From positions 679,413 to 743,412 of the forward strand of contig CAVXCV010000002.1 of assembly GCA_963760405.1 (NCBI GenBank): 64,000 nucleotides of DNA. Reading direction: 5' to 3'. A program made the position numbers and the translations under genes. Every line of letters begins with the position of its first letter. The first letter of the stretch is position 1. This DNA is from an uncultured Actinomycetes bacterium. Its GTDB lineage: Bacteria > Actinomycetota > Actinomycetes > Streptosporangiales > Streptosporangiaceae. A model generated the notes under the pieces. It searched no databases. It was not told where the DNA came from and saw nothing but the letters and a program-made list of their open reading frames with translations. Of the stretch, positions 28,546 through 38,523 are shown one piece after another.

Positions 28546-29556
28546 TCAGGACGCGGCGTCGTCGCTGGAGTCGAGCCAGCTCATCAGCGGCCGGAGCTTC
28601 GCCCCGACCTGCTCGATGTGGTCGGCGTGCAGCGCTTCCCGGCGCTTGAGGAAGTTCGGCCGGCCCCCGTCGAACTCGTCGATCAGCTCGCGGGTGAAGG
28701 TGCCATCGCGGACCTCCGCCAGGATCCGCCGCATCTCTTCCCTGGTCCGCTCGTCCACCAGGCGCGGGCCGCGGGTGTACCCGCCGAACTCCGCGGTGTC
28801 CGACACCGACCAGTACATCTTGGAGAGGCCGCCCTCGTAGATCAGGTCCACGATGAGCTTCATCTCGTGCAGGCACTCGAAATAGGCGATCTCCGGCTGG
28901 TAGCCCGCCTCGACCAGGGTGTCGAACCCGGCCTTGATCAGCTCGGATACGCCGCCGCAGAGCACGGCCTGCTCGCCGAACAGGTCCGTCTCGGTCTCCT
29001 CGGCGAACGTGGTGACCAGGGCGCCGGCCCGGGTGCCGCCAATGGCCTTGGCGTACGCCAGGGCCAGCGGCCAGGCGTTGCCGGACGCGTCCTGCTCCAC
29101 CGCGACGAGCACCGGTACCCCGCGGCCCTCGGCGAACTGGCGGCGAACCAGGTGGCCGGGCCCCTTCGGGGCGACCATGCACACGTCCACCCCGGCGGGC
29201 GGGCGGATGAGCTGGTAGCGGATGTTCAGCCCGTGCGCGAAGAACAGGGCGTCCCCGTCCACCAGGCTCGGCTCGATCGCCTCGGCGTACAGCGCCCGCT
29301 GCACATGGTCCGGGGCCAGGACCATGATCAGGTCGGCCTCCTCGCATGCCTCACGGGGGGTGAGCACCTGCAGTCCCTCGTTGGCCGCGAGCTCGCGGCT
29401 CCGGGAGCCCTCGGGGAGGCCGACCCGGACGTTCACCCCGGAGTCACGCAACGACAGCGCGTGCGCGTGCCCCTGGCTGCCGTAGCCGAGCACGGCCGCG
29501 TGCCTGCCCTGGATGATACTGAGATCAGCGCCGTCGTCATAGAAGATGTCTGCCAT
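28546..29556 (-). CDS. ilvC: ketol-acid reductoisomerase
   Basis: [40 protein letters not shown]. Start taken at the ATG at 29556. Confidence 0.95.
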   Translation of the reverse strand: MADIFYDDGADLSIIQGRHAAVLGYGSQGHAHALSLRDSGVNVRVGLPEGSRSRELAANEGLQVLTPREACEEADLIMVLAPDHVQRALYAEAIEPSLVDGDALFFAHGLNIRYQLIRPPAGVDVCMVAPKGPGHLVRRQFAEGRGVPVLVAVEQDASGNAWPLALAYAKAIGGTRAGALVTTFAEETETDLFGEQAVLCGGVSELIKAGFDTLVEAGYQPEIAYFECLHEMKLIVDLIYEGGLSKMYWSVSDTAEFGGYTRGPRLVDERTREEMRRILAEVRDGTFTRELIDEFDGGRPNFLKRREALHADHIEQVGAKLRPLMSWLDSSDDAAS

Positions 29557-29577
29557 TGCCTGCCTTTCGCTACTGCT

Positions 29578-29670
29578 GGAACTACGGCCCGCAGGAATCA
29601 CGGGCTGCTGGAATCACGGGCTGCTGGAATCACCGGCTGCTGGAATCACCGGCTGCTGGAATCACGGGCG
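29578..29670. repeat. 16-nt tandem repeat (about 5.8 copies) filling the ilvN-ilvC spacer
   Basis: GGAATCAC(G/C)GGCTGCT repeated head-to-tail at 29594, 29610, 29626 and 29642, with degenerate flanking copies. The ilvN stop TGA (29646-29648) lies inside a unit. Confidence 0.8.
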
Positions 29671-30218
29671 CGGACCGAGCCGGCCAGGCTGCGCTCCCCC
29701 ATCCGGTCCACCGGGCGCAGCGCCCGGTCCGTGATGGACCGGCCGCCCCGGCCGAGCGCGACCATGCCGGACTGGACGAGCTCCTTGATCCCGAACGGCT
29801 CGAGCACCCTGATCAGGGCGTCCAGCTTGTCCCGGTTGCCGGTGGCCTCCACGGTGACCGCGTCCTGCGCCACGTCCACCACCTTGGCACGGAACAGCGC
29901 CACCGTCTCCAGCACGCGCGACCTGCTTTCCAGGTCAGCGCGCACCTTGATGAGGAGCAGCTCGCGCTGGACCGAGACCGGCGGCTCCAGCTCGACGATC
30001 TTCAGTACGTTGATCAGCTTGTTGAGCTGCTTGGTCACCTGCTCGAGGGGATGGTCCGCGCAGTCGACCACGATCGTCATCCGGGATATCTCCGGGTGCT
30101 CGGTGGGCCCGACCGCGAGCGAGTCGATGTTGAACCCGCGGCGGGAGAACAGTCCCGCGATCCGGACCAGCACGCCCGGCTTGTTCTCCACCAGCACAGA
30201 GAGGGTGTGCCTGTTCAT
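29646..30218 (-). CDS. ilvN: acetolactate synthase small (regulatory) subunit
   Basis: MNRHTLSVLVENKPGVLVRIAGLFSRRGFNIDSLAVG (ACT domain). ATG at 30218 preceded by AGGAG. Confidence 0.9.
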   Translation of the reverse strand: MNRHTLSVLVENKPGVLVRIAGLFSRRGFNIDSLAVGPTEHPEISRMTIVVDCADHPLEQVTKQLNKLINVLKIVELEPPVSVQRELLLIKVRADLESRSRVLETVALFRAKVVDVAQDAVTVEATGNRDKLDALIRVLEPFGIKELVQSGMVALGRGGRSITDRALRPVDRMGERSLAGSVRARDSSSR

Positions 30219-30259
30219 GCTCGGCTCCTGATCGCGTAGGCGGGCCAGTCCCTGATGGC

Positions 30260-32512
30260 TCATTCGGTCACGTCCCAGTCGGGCGCCATGTTCCGGGCGA
30301 CGATGATGTCGTCATTGCTCGTGCCGGCCGCGACCATCGGCCACACCATGGCGTCGCGGTGCACGATGAAGTCGACCACCACGGGCCGGTCGTTGATCCG
30401 CATGGCCTGCTCGATGACCGCGTCCACGCTGCCCGCATCCTCGCAGCGCAGCCCGGCGCAGCCATACGCCTCGGCCAGCTTGACGAAGTCAGGGATGCGG
30501 GTGCCGCCGAGCGCCGCCGGATCACGCCGCAGCGCGGTCTCGGCCGGGCCGCCGGACGGGCCGTCCGGGCCGTGGGCGGCGGCCACCTGCTGGCTGCGGG
30601 CGACGTGGTCGAGGTCGGTGTTGGAGTACCGCTCGTTGTAGAACAGGGTCTGCCACTGCCGGACCATGCCGAGGTTGCCGTTGTTGATGATGGCGATCTT
30701 GACCGGGATGCCCTCCACCGCGCAGGTGGCGAGCTCCTGGTTGGTCATCTGGAAGCAGCCGTCCCCGTCGATCGCCCACACGCAGCTCTCCGGGTGGCCG
30801 ACCTTGGCGCCCATGGCGGCGGGCACCGCGTAGCCCATGGTGCCGAGGCCACCGGAGTTCAGCCAGTGCCCGGGCCGCTCATGGCCGATGAACTGGGCCG
30901 CCCACATCTGGTGCTGGCCCACCCCGGCCACGTAGATCGCGTCCGGGCCGGCGATCTGCCCGATCCGCTCGATCACCTGCTGCGGCGAGAGCGATCCGTC
31001 GGCTGGCAGGTCGTAGCCCAGCGGGTAGGTGCTGCGCCACGCATCCAGCTGCGTCCACCAGGCGCTCAGGTCGCTGCGGTGGCCCGCCTGGAACTCGGCG
31101 CGGACCGCTCCGAGCAGGTCGGTGATGACCTCCCGGCAGTCGCCGACGATGGGCACGTCCGCGCGCCGGTTCTTGGAGATCTCCGCGGGGTCGATGTCGG
31201 CGTGCACCACCGCGGCCCCTGGGGCGAAGCTGTCCAGCTTGCCGGTGACCCGGTCATCGAACCGGGCCCCCAGGGCGATGAGCAGATCTGACTTCTGCAA
31301 CGCGCCCACCGCGGCCACCGTGCCGTGCATGCCCGGCATGCCCAGGTTCTGGCGGTGGCTGCTGGGGAAGCCCCCCCGGGCCATCAGCGTGGTGACCACG
31401 GGGATGCCGGTCAGCTCGGCCAGCTCGAGCAGCTCCTGGCTGGCGCCGGCCTTGATCACGCCACCGCCCACGTACAGCACCGGGCGGCTGGCGTCGGCGA
31501 TCAGCCGGGCCGCCTCCCGCACCTGACGAGAATGCGGCCGGGTCACCGGGTGATAGCCGGGCAGGTCGAACACGGGCGGCCAGCGGAATTCCGTGGTCGC
31601 CTGGAGGGCATCCTTGGCCACGTCCACCAGCACCGGGCCGGGCCGGCCGGTGGCGGCGACGTGGAACGCCTCGGCCACCGTGCGCGGGATGTCCGCGGCC
31701 TTGGTAACCAGGAAGTTGTGCTTGGTGACTGGCAGCGTGATACCGGAGATGTCCGCTTCCTGGAACCCGTCGGTGCCGATCAGGCTGGAGGGCACCTGGC
31801 CCGTGATGGCAACCACCGGCACGGAATCCATGTACGCGTCGGCCAGCGGGGTGACCAGGTTGGTCGCGCCCGGGCCGGACGTGGCCATGCACACCCCGGG
31901 CCGCCCGGTCACCTGGGCGTAGCCGGTGGCCGCGTGCCCGGCACCCTGCTCGTGCCGGACCAGGATGTGCCGGACCGAGGGCGAGTCGAACAGCGGGTCG
32001 TACAGCGGCAGGATCGCGCCGCCCGGGATGCCGAACACCACGTCCACGCCGAGCCGCTCCAGCGCCGCGACGAGTGCCTGCGCCCCGGTCATCTGCACCG
32101 CGACCTGGTCCGGCCCGGGCTGGGCCGTCGTGTGCTGGGCTGCCCCCGGCTGGGCTGCACTGTGCTGGGCTGCCCCCGGCTGGGCTGCACTGTGCTGCGC
32201 TGCCCCCGGCTGGGCTGGATGCTGCGCGGGCCCGTGCTGGCCAGCACCGTGCTGGCCAGCACCGTGCTGGCCAGGCCCGTTCGGCGCCGGGGCACCACCC
32301 GGGCTAGCAGGCCGTGGCCGGGGCGAGGGCTGGCCCGCGGCCCGCGGTGAGCCCGCCGCGGCGTGGTCGGGGTCAGTGATCAGGTGAGAGTCGGCCGTAT
32401 CCCGTGACGCGGCGCGGGCCGCCAGGTCGCGCGGGGTGGGGCTGCCGCCCTTCCGCGCCTGGCCTGCTGGTCCGGGGCCGGGGGCGGCCGCCGCTGTCGT
32501 CTGGTCGGTCAT
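30260..32512 (-). CDS. ilvB: acetolactate synthase large subunit with a long low-complexity N-terminal extension
   Basis: TPP enzyme motifs ([29 protein letters not shown]). ATG at 32512 preceded by GAGGAAG and located just downstream of the attenuator terminator. About 140 aa precede the conserved MTGAQALV core. Confidence 0.9.
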   Translation of the reverse strand: MTDQTTAAAAPGPGPAGQARKGGSPTPRDLAARAASRDTADSHLITDPDHAAAGSPRAAGQPSPRPRPASPGGAPAPNGPGQHGAGQHGAGQHGPAQHPAQPGAAQHSAAQPGAAQHSAAQPGAAQHTTAQPGPDQVAVQMTGAQALVAALERLGVDVVFGIPGGAILPLYDPLFDSPSVRHILVRHEQGAGHAATGYAQVTGRPGVCMATSGPGATNLVTPLADAYMDSVPVVAITGQVPSSLIGTDGFQEADISGITLPVTKHNFLVTKAADIPRTVAEAFHVAATGRPGPVLVDVAKDALQATTEFRWPPVFDLPGYHPVTRPHSRQVREAARLIADASRPVLYVGGGVIKAGASQELLELAELTGIPVVTTLMARGGFPSSHRQNLGMPGMHGTVAAVGALQKSDLLIALGARFDDRVTGKLDSFAPGAAVVHADIDPAEISKNRRADVPIVGDCREVITDLLGAVRAEFQAGHRSDLSAWWTQLDAWRSTYPLGYDLPADGSLSPQQVIERIGQIAGPDAIYVAGVGQHQMWAAQFIGHERPGHWLNSGGLGTMGYAVPAAMGAKVGHPESCVWAIDGDGCFQMTNQELATCAVEGIPVKIAIINNGNLGMVRQWQTLFYNERYSNTDLDHVARSQQVAAAHGPDGPSGGPAETALRRDPAALGGTRIPDFVKLAEAYGCAGLRCEDAGSVDAVIEQAMRINDRPVVVDFIVHRDAMVWPMVAAGTSNDDIIVARNMAPDWDVTE
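32131..32278. repeat. in-frame 30-nt x3 and 15-nt x3 tandem repeats inside the ilvB 5' region
   Basis: TGTGCTGGGCTGCCCCCGGCTGGGCTGCAC occurs twice perfectly (32131-32190) plus one variant copy. GTGCTGGCCAGCACC occurs x2 plus a variant (32234-32278). On the minus strand they encode ([10 protein letters not shown])n and (GAGQH)n. Confidence 0.85.
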
Positions 32513-32552
32513 CGCAAGGCTTCCTCGTCTGCGTTCGGAAGGTCGGTGCTGG

Positions 32553-32670
32553 CAACAAAAAACCCTCGGCGCCAGAAGGCGGGCGAGGGTAGGCGCGCAG
32601 GTAGCTGGCTCAATCAGCTACTTGCGCGCCTGGTGAGTACGAGAACGTAGTGCACGAGCACGGATATCAC
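32553..32670 (-). promoter_or_regulatory. ilvB leader peptide and transcription attenuator
   Basis: Minus-strand ORF 32670-32614 reads GTG ATA TCC GTG CTC GTG CAC TAC GTT CTC GTA CTC ACC AGG CGC GCA AGT AGC TGA ([18 protein letters not shown]). A 16-bp hairpin lies at 32592-32630. A terminator CCCTCG..CGAGGG plus UUUUUUGUUG lies at 32553-32589. Confidence 0.65.
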
Positions 32671-32693
32671 TCTGGACCACACCGCGTCCGGCG

Positions 32694-34937
32694 TCAACTT
32701 GACCAGGCATTCGTCTCAGCTGGCGAGATCACGTTCCCAAAAGGGGGCTCACCACCGTCCTCTTCGGCGCCCTGCTGATCGCGCTGGCGGGCCGCGGCCA
32801 GGCGGCCCGGCGGGACCGGCCCGGTCACGAACGGGCCCTTGCCGAGGGTGCACCCCATCGCGGCGAGCACCTCGGCCTGCCCGGCATCCTGGATCCCGTC
32901 GGCCATGGCCGTCAGGCCGAGATCCCTGCCGACCGTCACCATCGCCCTGATCAGGGTCTCCGCCGAGGCATCCGCGCCCAGCCCGGCCATCAGCGCGGGA
33001 CCGATCTTGATCACGTCCACCGGTAGCTCGCCCAGCTGGGCCAGTGAGCCGAGATTCGCGGCAGATACGTCCACGGCCAGCCGGACCCCGTGCTCGCGCA
33101 GCTCACCCAGGCCACGCAGCAGCGCCTCGTACCCGTCCGCCAGTACCTGCTCGGCGACCTCCAGGATGAGCGCGGCGGCGGGTAGCCCGCTGCCGGCCAG
33201 CGCGGCCAGCACCGAGTCAGTGAAGCCGTGCGCGCGCACCTGCCGCGGCGGGCAGTACAGCCACAAGCTGCCCGCCCAGCCGGCCAGCCGCCACGCGGCC
33301 GCCTGCGTGCACGCCTCGCCCAGCATCCATGCACCGAACTCGGCCGTGGCGGCGGGCACGCCGGCCAGGCCGGTGAACCCGGGGCGCGCGGCCCCCGGCG
33401 AGGTCCTGCCCTGCGCCGGGCCCGCGGCCCGGCCCGGGTCATCGCGCCAGCGGGCCAGCGCTTCGGCCCCGCTGACCCGCAGCGCCGGCAGGTCGGCCAG
33501 GGGCTGGTACTCCAGTTCCAGGCGGCCCTCGTGCAGCGCCCGGCTCAGCTCAGTAGCAAACTGCTCAGGAGCAAACTGCTCGGTAGCAAACTGCTCGGTC
33601 GCAAACTGCTCAGCGGCGAGCTGCTCGCCGGTGAACTGGCCGGTGGCAAGCTCCGGGTGGTGGCGGGCATCCGCGTCCGGCTGCGGCGAGAACACCTCGG
33701 CCCGGCCGCCGCCGGACTCCTTGGCCCGGGATACGGCCGCGTCGGCATTACGCCACACATAACCGGCCGGGCTGCCGTCGGCGAGCGCGACGCCAACGCT
33801 GACCGAAAGCGACACTTCCTGGTCTGCGGCGCGGAACGGCTCGGCGGCGATACTGGTGACGATGCGCTCGGCCGCGTCGGCGATGTCCTGGGCGCTGGCC
33901 GCCTCCGGCACCAGCACCGCGAACTCATCGCCACCCCAGCGGGCCACCGTGGCCCGGGCCGACACGACGGCCATCAGCCTGCGAGCCACCTGAGCCAGCA
34001 CCAGATCCCCGGCCGCGTGCCCGGCCGTGTCGTTCACCCCGGTGAACCCGTCCAGGTCAACCAGGATGACCCCGGCCACGGCGGCGCCCAGCGGCGCCAC
34101 CTCGTCCAGCCGGCCAGGGCTGAGCGCCTCCCGGGCCCGGTCCTCCAGGTAAGCGCGGTTGGGCAGTCCGGTCAGGCCGTCGTGATAGGTCAGGTGGGCA
34201 ATCTGGCGGCGTAGTTCTACCTGATCGCTCACATCCCGCGCGGTGATCAGCAGCCGGTCCAGCCCACCCTGGCTGCGATAACGCGAGATCGTCGCCTCTA
34301 CGTGCCGCCAGGTGCCATCCGCGGCCCGGACCCGGCAGGCATACCTGATCTGCCGGACCGACTCGGCGGCTGCTTCCCGCACGGCCCGGATCCCTTCTGG
34401 CCGGTCTTCTGGGTGCACCAGGTCAGACAGCATCTTCCCGTCGAGGGTGGACGGCTGATAGCCGTAGGCGCGCACCGCGGGGCTGGCGTAGCCGATCGCC
34501 CCGGAGTAATCACACACCAGCACGACGTCGCTGGTCCGCTCGGCCAGCTCGCGGAACTGCTGGCCAGACTCCTGCCACCGCCGGGACCGGGCGGTGTCCC
34601 GGTGCACCAGGACCAGAATCCGCGCGCACAGCGCGAGCACGACCGTGCCGCCGGTCAGCGCGGCCACCGGATCCGGGGGCGTGCCGCTGATCACCGCGTG
34701 GCCGATGACCACCAGCGCCGCGGCCACCGCGGCGAGCGTGGCCACGATCGTGGCCGTATGCAGGCCGGCCCGGCTGGCCCGGACCGGCTGCCCGCTCTGC
34801 CGGGAGGCCCGGGCGGCGGGCAGCCACGGCGCAGCGCCCAGCACCGCGAACCCGGCCACCAGCAGCAGCTGGGCGGCCACTCCCGGGTGGCCGTTACCGA
34901 CCCTCGCTCCAACGGACAGGACATCGCTGAGGGTCAC
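32694..34937 (-). CDS. PAS-GGDEF-(degenerate EAL) signalling protein, main part of a frameshifted gene
   Basis: TM helices and a PAS domain (HPEDRPEGIRAVREAA...). An intact GGDEF domain ([11 protein letters not shown]). An EAL-like C-terminus retains EALARW but lacks the DDFGTG, KxD and EGVE residues. Confidence 0.8.
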   Translation of the reverse strand: MTLSDVLSVGARVGNGHPGVAAQLLLVAGFAVLGAAPWLPAARASRQSGQPVRASRAGLHTATIVATLAAVAAALVVIGHAVISGTPPDPVAALTGGTVVLALCARILVLVHRDTARSRRWQESGQQFRELAERTSDVVLVCDYSGAIGYASPAVRAYGYQPSTLDGKMLSDLVHPEDRPEGIRAVREAAAESVRQIRYACRVRAADGTWRHVEATISRYRSQGGLDRLLITARDVSDQVELRRQIAHLTYHDGLTGLPNRAYLEDRAREALSPGRLDEVAPLGAAVAGVILVDLDGFTGVNDTAGHAAGDLVLAQVARRLMAVVSARATVARWGGDEFAVLVPEAASAQDIADAAERIVTSIAAEPFRAADQEVSLSVSVGVALADGSPAGYVWRNADAAVSRAKESGGGRAEVFSPQPDADARHHPELATGQFTGEQLAAEQFATEQFATEQFAPEQFATELSRALHEGRLELEYQPLADLPALRVSGAEALARWRDDPGRAAGPAQGRTSPGAARPGFTGLAGVPAATAEFGAWMLGEACTQAAAWRLAGWAGSLWLYCPPRQVRAHGFTDSVLAALAGSGLPAAALILEVAEQVLADGYEALLRGLGELREHGVRLAVDVSAANLGSLAQLGELPVDVIKIGPALMAGLGADASAETLIRAMVTVGRDLGLTAMADGIQDAGQAEVLAAMGCTLGKGPFVTGPVPPGRLAAARQRDQQGAEEDGGEPPFGNVISPAETNAWSS
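33556..33645. repeat. 15-nt in-frame tandem repeat (about 6 copies) in the GGDEF-EAL linker
   Basis: GCAAACTGCTCNGNN units encode (EQFAT)n on the minus strand. Confidence 0.8.
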
Positions 34938-35497
34938 CGCGAGCAGCGCGAGGAACGGGGCACGCCGCGCCGGCCCGCGGCCACGGCCAGCGCGAGCACC
35001 CCGCCGAGCACCACCAGGTCGGCCAGGGGATGGACGAGTTCCACCGCAAAGGTCCGCGGGTCGTCACCAGAGTGGGCGAAGTCAGCGTGCAGCAAGGTGA
35101 CCCAGCTGATGACGAAAACGGAGCCGGCCAGCACATAACCGTCGGTGAGATGGGCCACGGCCACGCCAACCCGGCCGCCGCTGCGCCGGCCCAGCGGATG
35201 CCGGTCCGCGTTCCCACGCGGCGGCGCCAGGCCGGCCACGCCTGCCGCCAGGGCGGGCAGGGCCAGCAGGCCGGGGAGGTCGGCCAGGCTCAGCGGGAAC
35301 CCGCCGCCGGACGCGGCGTTCGCCATGGCCTGCAGGCCGACGGCACCAGCGGCCCAGGCCGCGATCGCGAACGCGAACAGCCAGTAGGCATGCCGGACCG
35401 AACCGGTGTCCTGCCCGGCACCGCGCCACAAGCTGACTACGGCCAGGACTGCGCTCAGGGCCATCACCCCGGTCACTGCCTGCGCAGCCAGGCTCAT
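34934..35497 (-). CDS. N-terminal multi-helix membrane segment of the same sensor gene, separated by a frameshift
   Basis: Hydrophobic helices. The frame ends ...AAGRRGVPRSSRCSR*, while the downstream frame reads straight through (…PFLALLAVTLSDVLSVG). The indel is inferred at the CCCC run near 34957-34960. Confidence 0.6.
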   Translation of the reverse strand: MSLAAQAVTGVMALSAVLAVVSLWRGAGQDTGSVRHAYWLFAFAIAAWAAGAVGLQAMANAASGGGFPLSLADLPGLLALPALAAGVAGLAPPRGNADRHPLGRRSGGRVGVAVAHLTDGYVLAGSVFVISWVTLLHADFAHSGDDPRTFAVELVHPLADLVVLGGVLALAVAAGRRGVPRSSRCSR

Positions 35498-35976
35498 GGC
35501 CGGTTACCCGATGCTTGCGGGGGCACCGAGTCTCCTTCCGCCGCGTCCGCCGCTCAGTTTGGTGCGGTGCTGAGCCAGGAGTGCCTTGTGGGCCAACCCG
35601 GCGGTCCTGCGCAACCGGGCTACGACTCAGGGTCACCGGAGTAGCGCAGGGGGCCCGCAGAGCTGCGCTGCAACGCGGGCCTTCGGTAGCCGGTCGCGGT
35701 CATCGCACGTGATCGATGATGCTCACTTTAGGCTCCTTAGGTCACACTTCGATTGAGGAAGCATCTCGGTCTCCTGGGTGATGCCTGAGGATCTGCGGAA
35801 AGCGCCAAAGCCCGCCGCGTTTACCCAGGTCAGACGGGTAACCGCGGTTAGGCGGGCAGGCTTTAATATCTGGCAGACGATTCCCGCCAGGCCGGTCTCA
35901 GGGCCTGCGAGGCCGTGGTCATGGCGATTTTTTGGGGCGGCTGCACATACTTTGTCCCGCGATCCGGGGAAACAGC

Positions 35977-36888
35977 TCAGTAGCTGCCGGAGATGACGTT
36001 TTGCAACGGCTGGCCACCGAGGAATCGCTCGAGCTGAGCGCGGACCAGGGCGATGGCCCGGATGGAGGAGACCGGGGTGCTGGCCGCCTCGTGCGGAGTG
36101 ACGAACGCCCCGGGCAGCTGCCACAGCGGGTGCCCGGGCGGCAGCGGCTCCGGGTCGGTGACGTCCAGCGCGGCCCGCAGCCGGCCCTGGCGCAGCTCGG
36201 CGCACAGCGCCTCAGTGACCAGCAGGGACCCGCGGGCCGCATTGACGAGCAGCGCGCCGTCCTGCATCCGGGCCAGGAAGGCCGCGTCCACCATGCCAAT
36301 GGTCTCCGGGGTGACCGGGGCCAGCAGCACGACCACGTCCGCCCGGGGCAGCAGCGCGGGCAGCTCGGCCACGGTGGCCACGCCCTCGCGGGCGGTGCGG
36401 GCCACCCGGAGCACCCGCACCTCGAAGCCAGCCAGCCGCCGCTCTACCGCCGCCCCGATCGAGCCGTGCCCCACGATCAGCACGGTCTTGCCCGCCAGGC
36501 AGTCGGTGAACTGGTAGCTCCACCGTCCGGCGGCCTGCTCACGGGCGAAGAACGGGAAGTCACGGAGCACGGCGAGGATGGCCCCCACCACCCACTCGGC
36601 GGTGCTGGCGTCGTGCACCCCCCGGGCGTTGCACAAGGTGACCCCAGGCGGGAGCCCGGGCAGCAGCCGGTCCACCCCGGCGGTCAGCGTCTGCACCACG
36701 GCCAGCCGCTTCATCTCGCGCAACGCCAGGACGGCGGGTGGCCGCGGGAAGAACGGCGGCACGTAGAACTCCACCGCAGCGGCACTGTCCGGGAGCGGAG
36801 CGCCGTCCGGCGCGACCACCTCGACGTCCGCGCCCGGCACGCCCGCCAGCCCGGCGGCGACCTCAGCCGTCGGCACCCACACCCGCAT
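35977..36888 (-). CDS. D-isomer-specific 2-hydroxyacid dehydrogenase family protein
   Basis: NAD-binding LIVGHGSIGAAVERRL and a C-terminal catalytic His region (FVTPHEAAST). Confidence 0.9.
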   Translation of the reverse strand: MRVWVPTAEVAAGLAGVPGADVEVVAPDGAPLPDSAAAVEFYVPPFFPRPPAVLALREMKRLAVVQTLTAGVDRLLPGLPPGVTLCNARGVHDASTAEWVVGAILAVLRDFPFFAREQAAGRWSYQFTDCLAGKTVLIVGHGSIGAAVERRLAGFEVRVLRVARTAREGVATVAELPALLPRADVVVLLAPVTPETIGMVDAAFLARMQDGALLVNAARGSLLVTEALCAELRQGRLRAALDVTDPEPLPPGHPLWQLPGAFVTPHEAASTPVSSIRAIALVRAQLERFLGGQPLQNVISGSY

Positions 36889-36993
36889 AGCTACCTCACC
36901 CGGTTATCCGCGTCCCTACCCGCGTCCTGTGCCGGCGTGCCCCTTACCGCCTGGCTGCTGCCTGGCTGGCTGCCGCGCTGGCTGAGGTGCGGC

Positions 36994-38523
36994 TCAGGAT
37001 GGCGGGGTGAGGCGGCCGAGGATGAGCTCGCGCACCCGCTTGGCGTCTGCCTTGCCCTTGGTGGCCTCCATCACCGCGCCGACCAGCGCCCCGGCCGCGG
37101 CGACCTTACCGCCGCGGATCTTCTCGGCCACGTCGGGGTGGGCCGCGATCGCCTCGTCCACGGCGGCGCTGAGCGCCGTGTCGTCGCTGACCACGGCGAG
37201 CCCGCGGCCCGCCACCACCTCGTCCGGGGTGCCTTCGCCGGCCAGCACGCCGTCGATGACCTCGCGGGCCAGCCGGTCGTTGACCGTGCCCGCGGCCACC
37301 AGCGCGGCGACCCGGGCGACCGCGCCGGGGGTGATCGGCAGGTCGGCCAGTTCGGTGCCGGACTCGTTGGCCCGGCGCAGCAGCTCGCCGAGCCACCACT
37401 TGCTGGCGTCCGCGGGCGCAGCCCCCGCCGCCACCGTCGCGGCCACCAGGTCGAGCGCACTCGCGTTCCGCAGCGCGGTCATGTCCAGGTCGGACAGGCC
37501 CCACTCGGCCTGCAGCCGCTGCCGCCCGGCCGCGGGCAGCTCGGGCAGCTGGGCCCGGATGCTGTCCACCCAGTCCGCTGGTGGGGCGACCGGGACCAGG
37601 TCGGGCTCGGGGAAGTAGCGGTAGTCCTGCGCTTCCTCTTTACTCCGCCCAGGTGTGGTGATGCCGGTGTTCTCGTGGAAGTGCCGGGTCTCCTGGACCA
37701 CCCGGGCGCCCGCGTCCAGCAGCGCGGCCTGCCGCTCGATCTCGAACCGGACCGCGCGCTCCACCGAACGCAGCGAGTTCACGTTCTTGGTCTCGGTCCG
37801 GGTGCCCCACTCGGCGGCGCCGCGGGGGGCCAGCGAGGTGTTCACGTCGCAGCGCAGCGACCCCTCTTCCATCCGGACATCGGACACGTCCAGCGCGCGC
37901 AGCAGGTCGCGCAGTTCCGCGACGTAGACGTGCGCGGCCAGCGGGGCGAGCGCACCGGTGCCGGTGACCGGCTTGGTCACGATCTCCACCAGCGGGATGC
38001 CGGCCCGGTTGTAGTCCACGAGCGAGTAGTCCGCCCCGTGGATCCGCCCGGTCGCGCCGCCGACGTGCAGCGACTTACCGGTGTCCTCCTCCAGGTGCAC
38101 CCGCTCGATGCCGACCCGGACCGGCCGGATCGCGTGCGGCCCGGCCGCCGGATCCGGCACGGTGATGTCCAGCCACCCGTCCGTGCACAACGGCTCGTCG
38201 TACTGCGAGATCTGGTAGTTCTTCGGCATGTCCGGGTAGAAGTAGTTCTTCCGGGCGAACCGGCACCAGCTCGCGATCGAGCAGTTCAGCGCGAGCCCGA
38301 TCTTCATCGCGTACTCGATGGCGGCCCGGTTGACCACCGGCAGCGACCCGGGCAGGCCCAGGCAGACCGGGCAGACCTGGGTGTTCGGCGCAGCGCCGAA
38401 CCTGGCCGGGCAGCCGCAGAACATCTTGGTCCGGGTGCCCAGCTCGACGTGCGTTTCCAGGCCGACGACCGGCTCGTACCGGGCCATCGCGTCGGCGAAC
38501 GGGACTAGCGTGTCGGTGCTCAT
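36994..38523 (-). CDS. gatB: Asp-tRNA(Asn)/Glu-tRNA(Gln) amidotransferase subunit B
   Basis: [38 protein letters not shown]. The ATG at 38523 overlaps the gatA stop (ATGA). Confidence 0.95.
   Translation of the reverse strand: MSTDTLVPFADAMARYEPVVGLETHVELGTRTKMFCGCPARFGAAPNTQVCPVCLGLPGSLPVVNRAAIEYAMKIGLALNCSIASWCRFARKNYFYPDMPKNYQISQYDEPLCTDGWLDITVPDPAAGPHAIRPVRVGIERVHLEEDTGKSLHVGGATGRIHGADYSLVDYNRAGIPLVEIVTKPVTGTGALAPLAAHVYVAELRDLLRALDVSDVRMEEGSLRCDVNTSLAPRGAAEWGTRTETKNVNSLRSVERAVRFEIERQAALLDAGARVVQETRHFHENTGITTPGRSKEEAQDYRYFPEPDLVPVAPPADWVDSIRAQLPELPAAGRQRLQAEWGLSDLDMTALRNASALDLVAATVAAGAAPADASKWWLGELLRRANESGTELADLPITPGAVARVAALVAAGTVNDRLAREVIDGVLAGEGTPDEVVAGRGLAVVSDDTALSAAVDEAIAAHPDVAEKIRGGKVAAAGALVGAVMEATKGKADAKRVRELILGRLTPPS

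Noticed and set aside
29578-29670. Possibility that the tandem arrays (here and at 26676, 32131, 33556, 51461, 55183) are CRISPR arrays
   Set aside because: The units are directly adjacent with no unique spacers, unit lengths are 15-36 nt, there are no cas genes, and several arrays are in frame inside genes.
26662-30231. 571-aa and 596-aa plus-strand ORFs (26662-28377, 28441-30231)
   Set aside because: They are antisense to serA, ilvC and ilvN, and no domain signatures are present.
35700-35726. 8-codon uORF (MSIIDHVR) with an AAGGAG SD in the long leader of the GGDEF sensor gene
   Set aside because: It is too short to distinguish from chance, and I could not see an associated alternative RNA structure.
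35498-35976. Possible riboswitch in the ~480-nt AT-richer leader upstream of the GGDEF sensor
   Set aside because: I could not recognise any known riboswitch consensus (c-di-GMP, c-di-AMP/ydaO, SAM, TPP) by eye. A covariance-model scan is needed before any claim.
35932-38508. 858-aa plus-strand ORF
   Set aside because: It is antisense to the 2-hydroxyacid dehydrogenase and gatB genes. It is Arg/Gly/Pro-rich with no motifs, the typical spurious long ORF of a high-GC genome.
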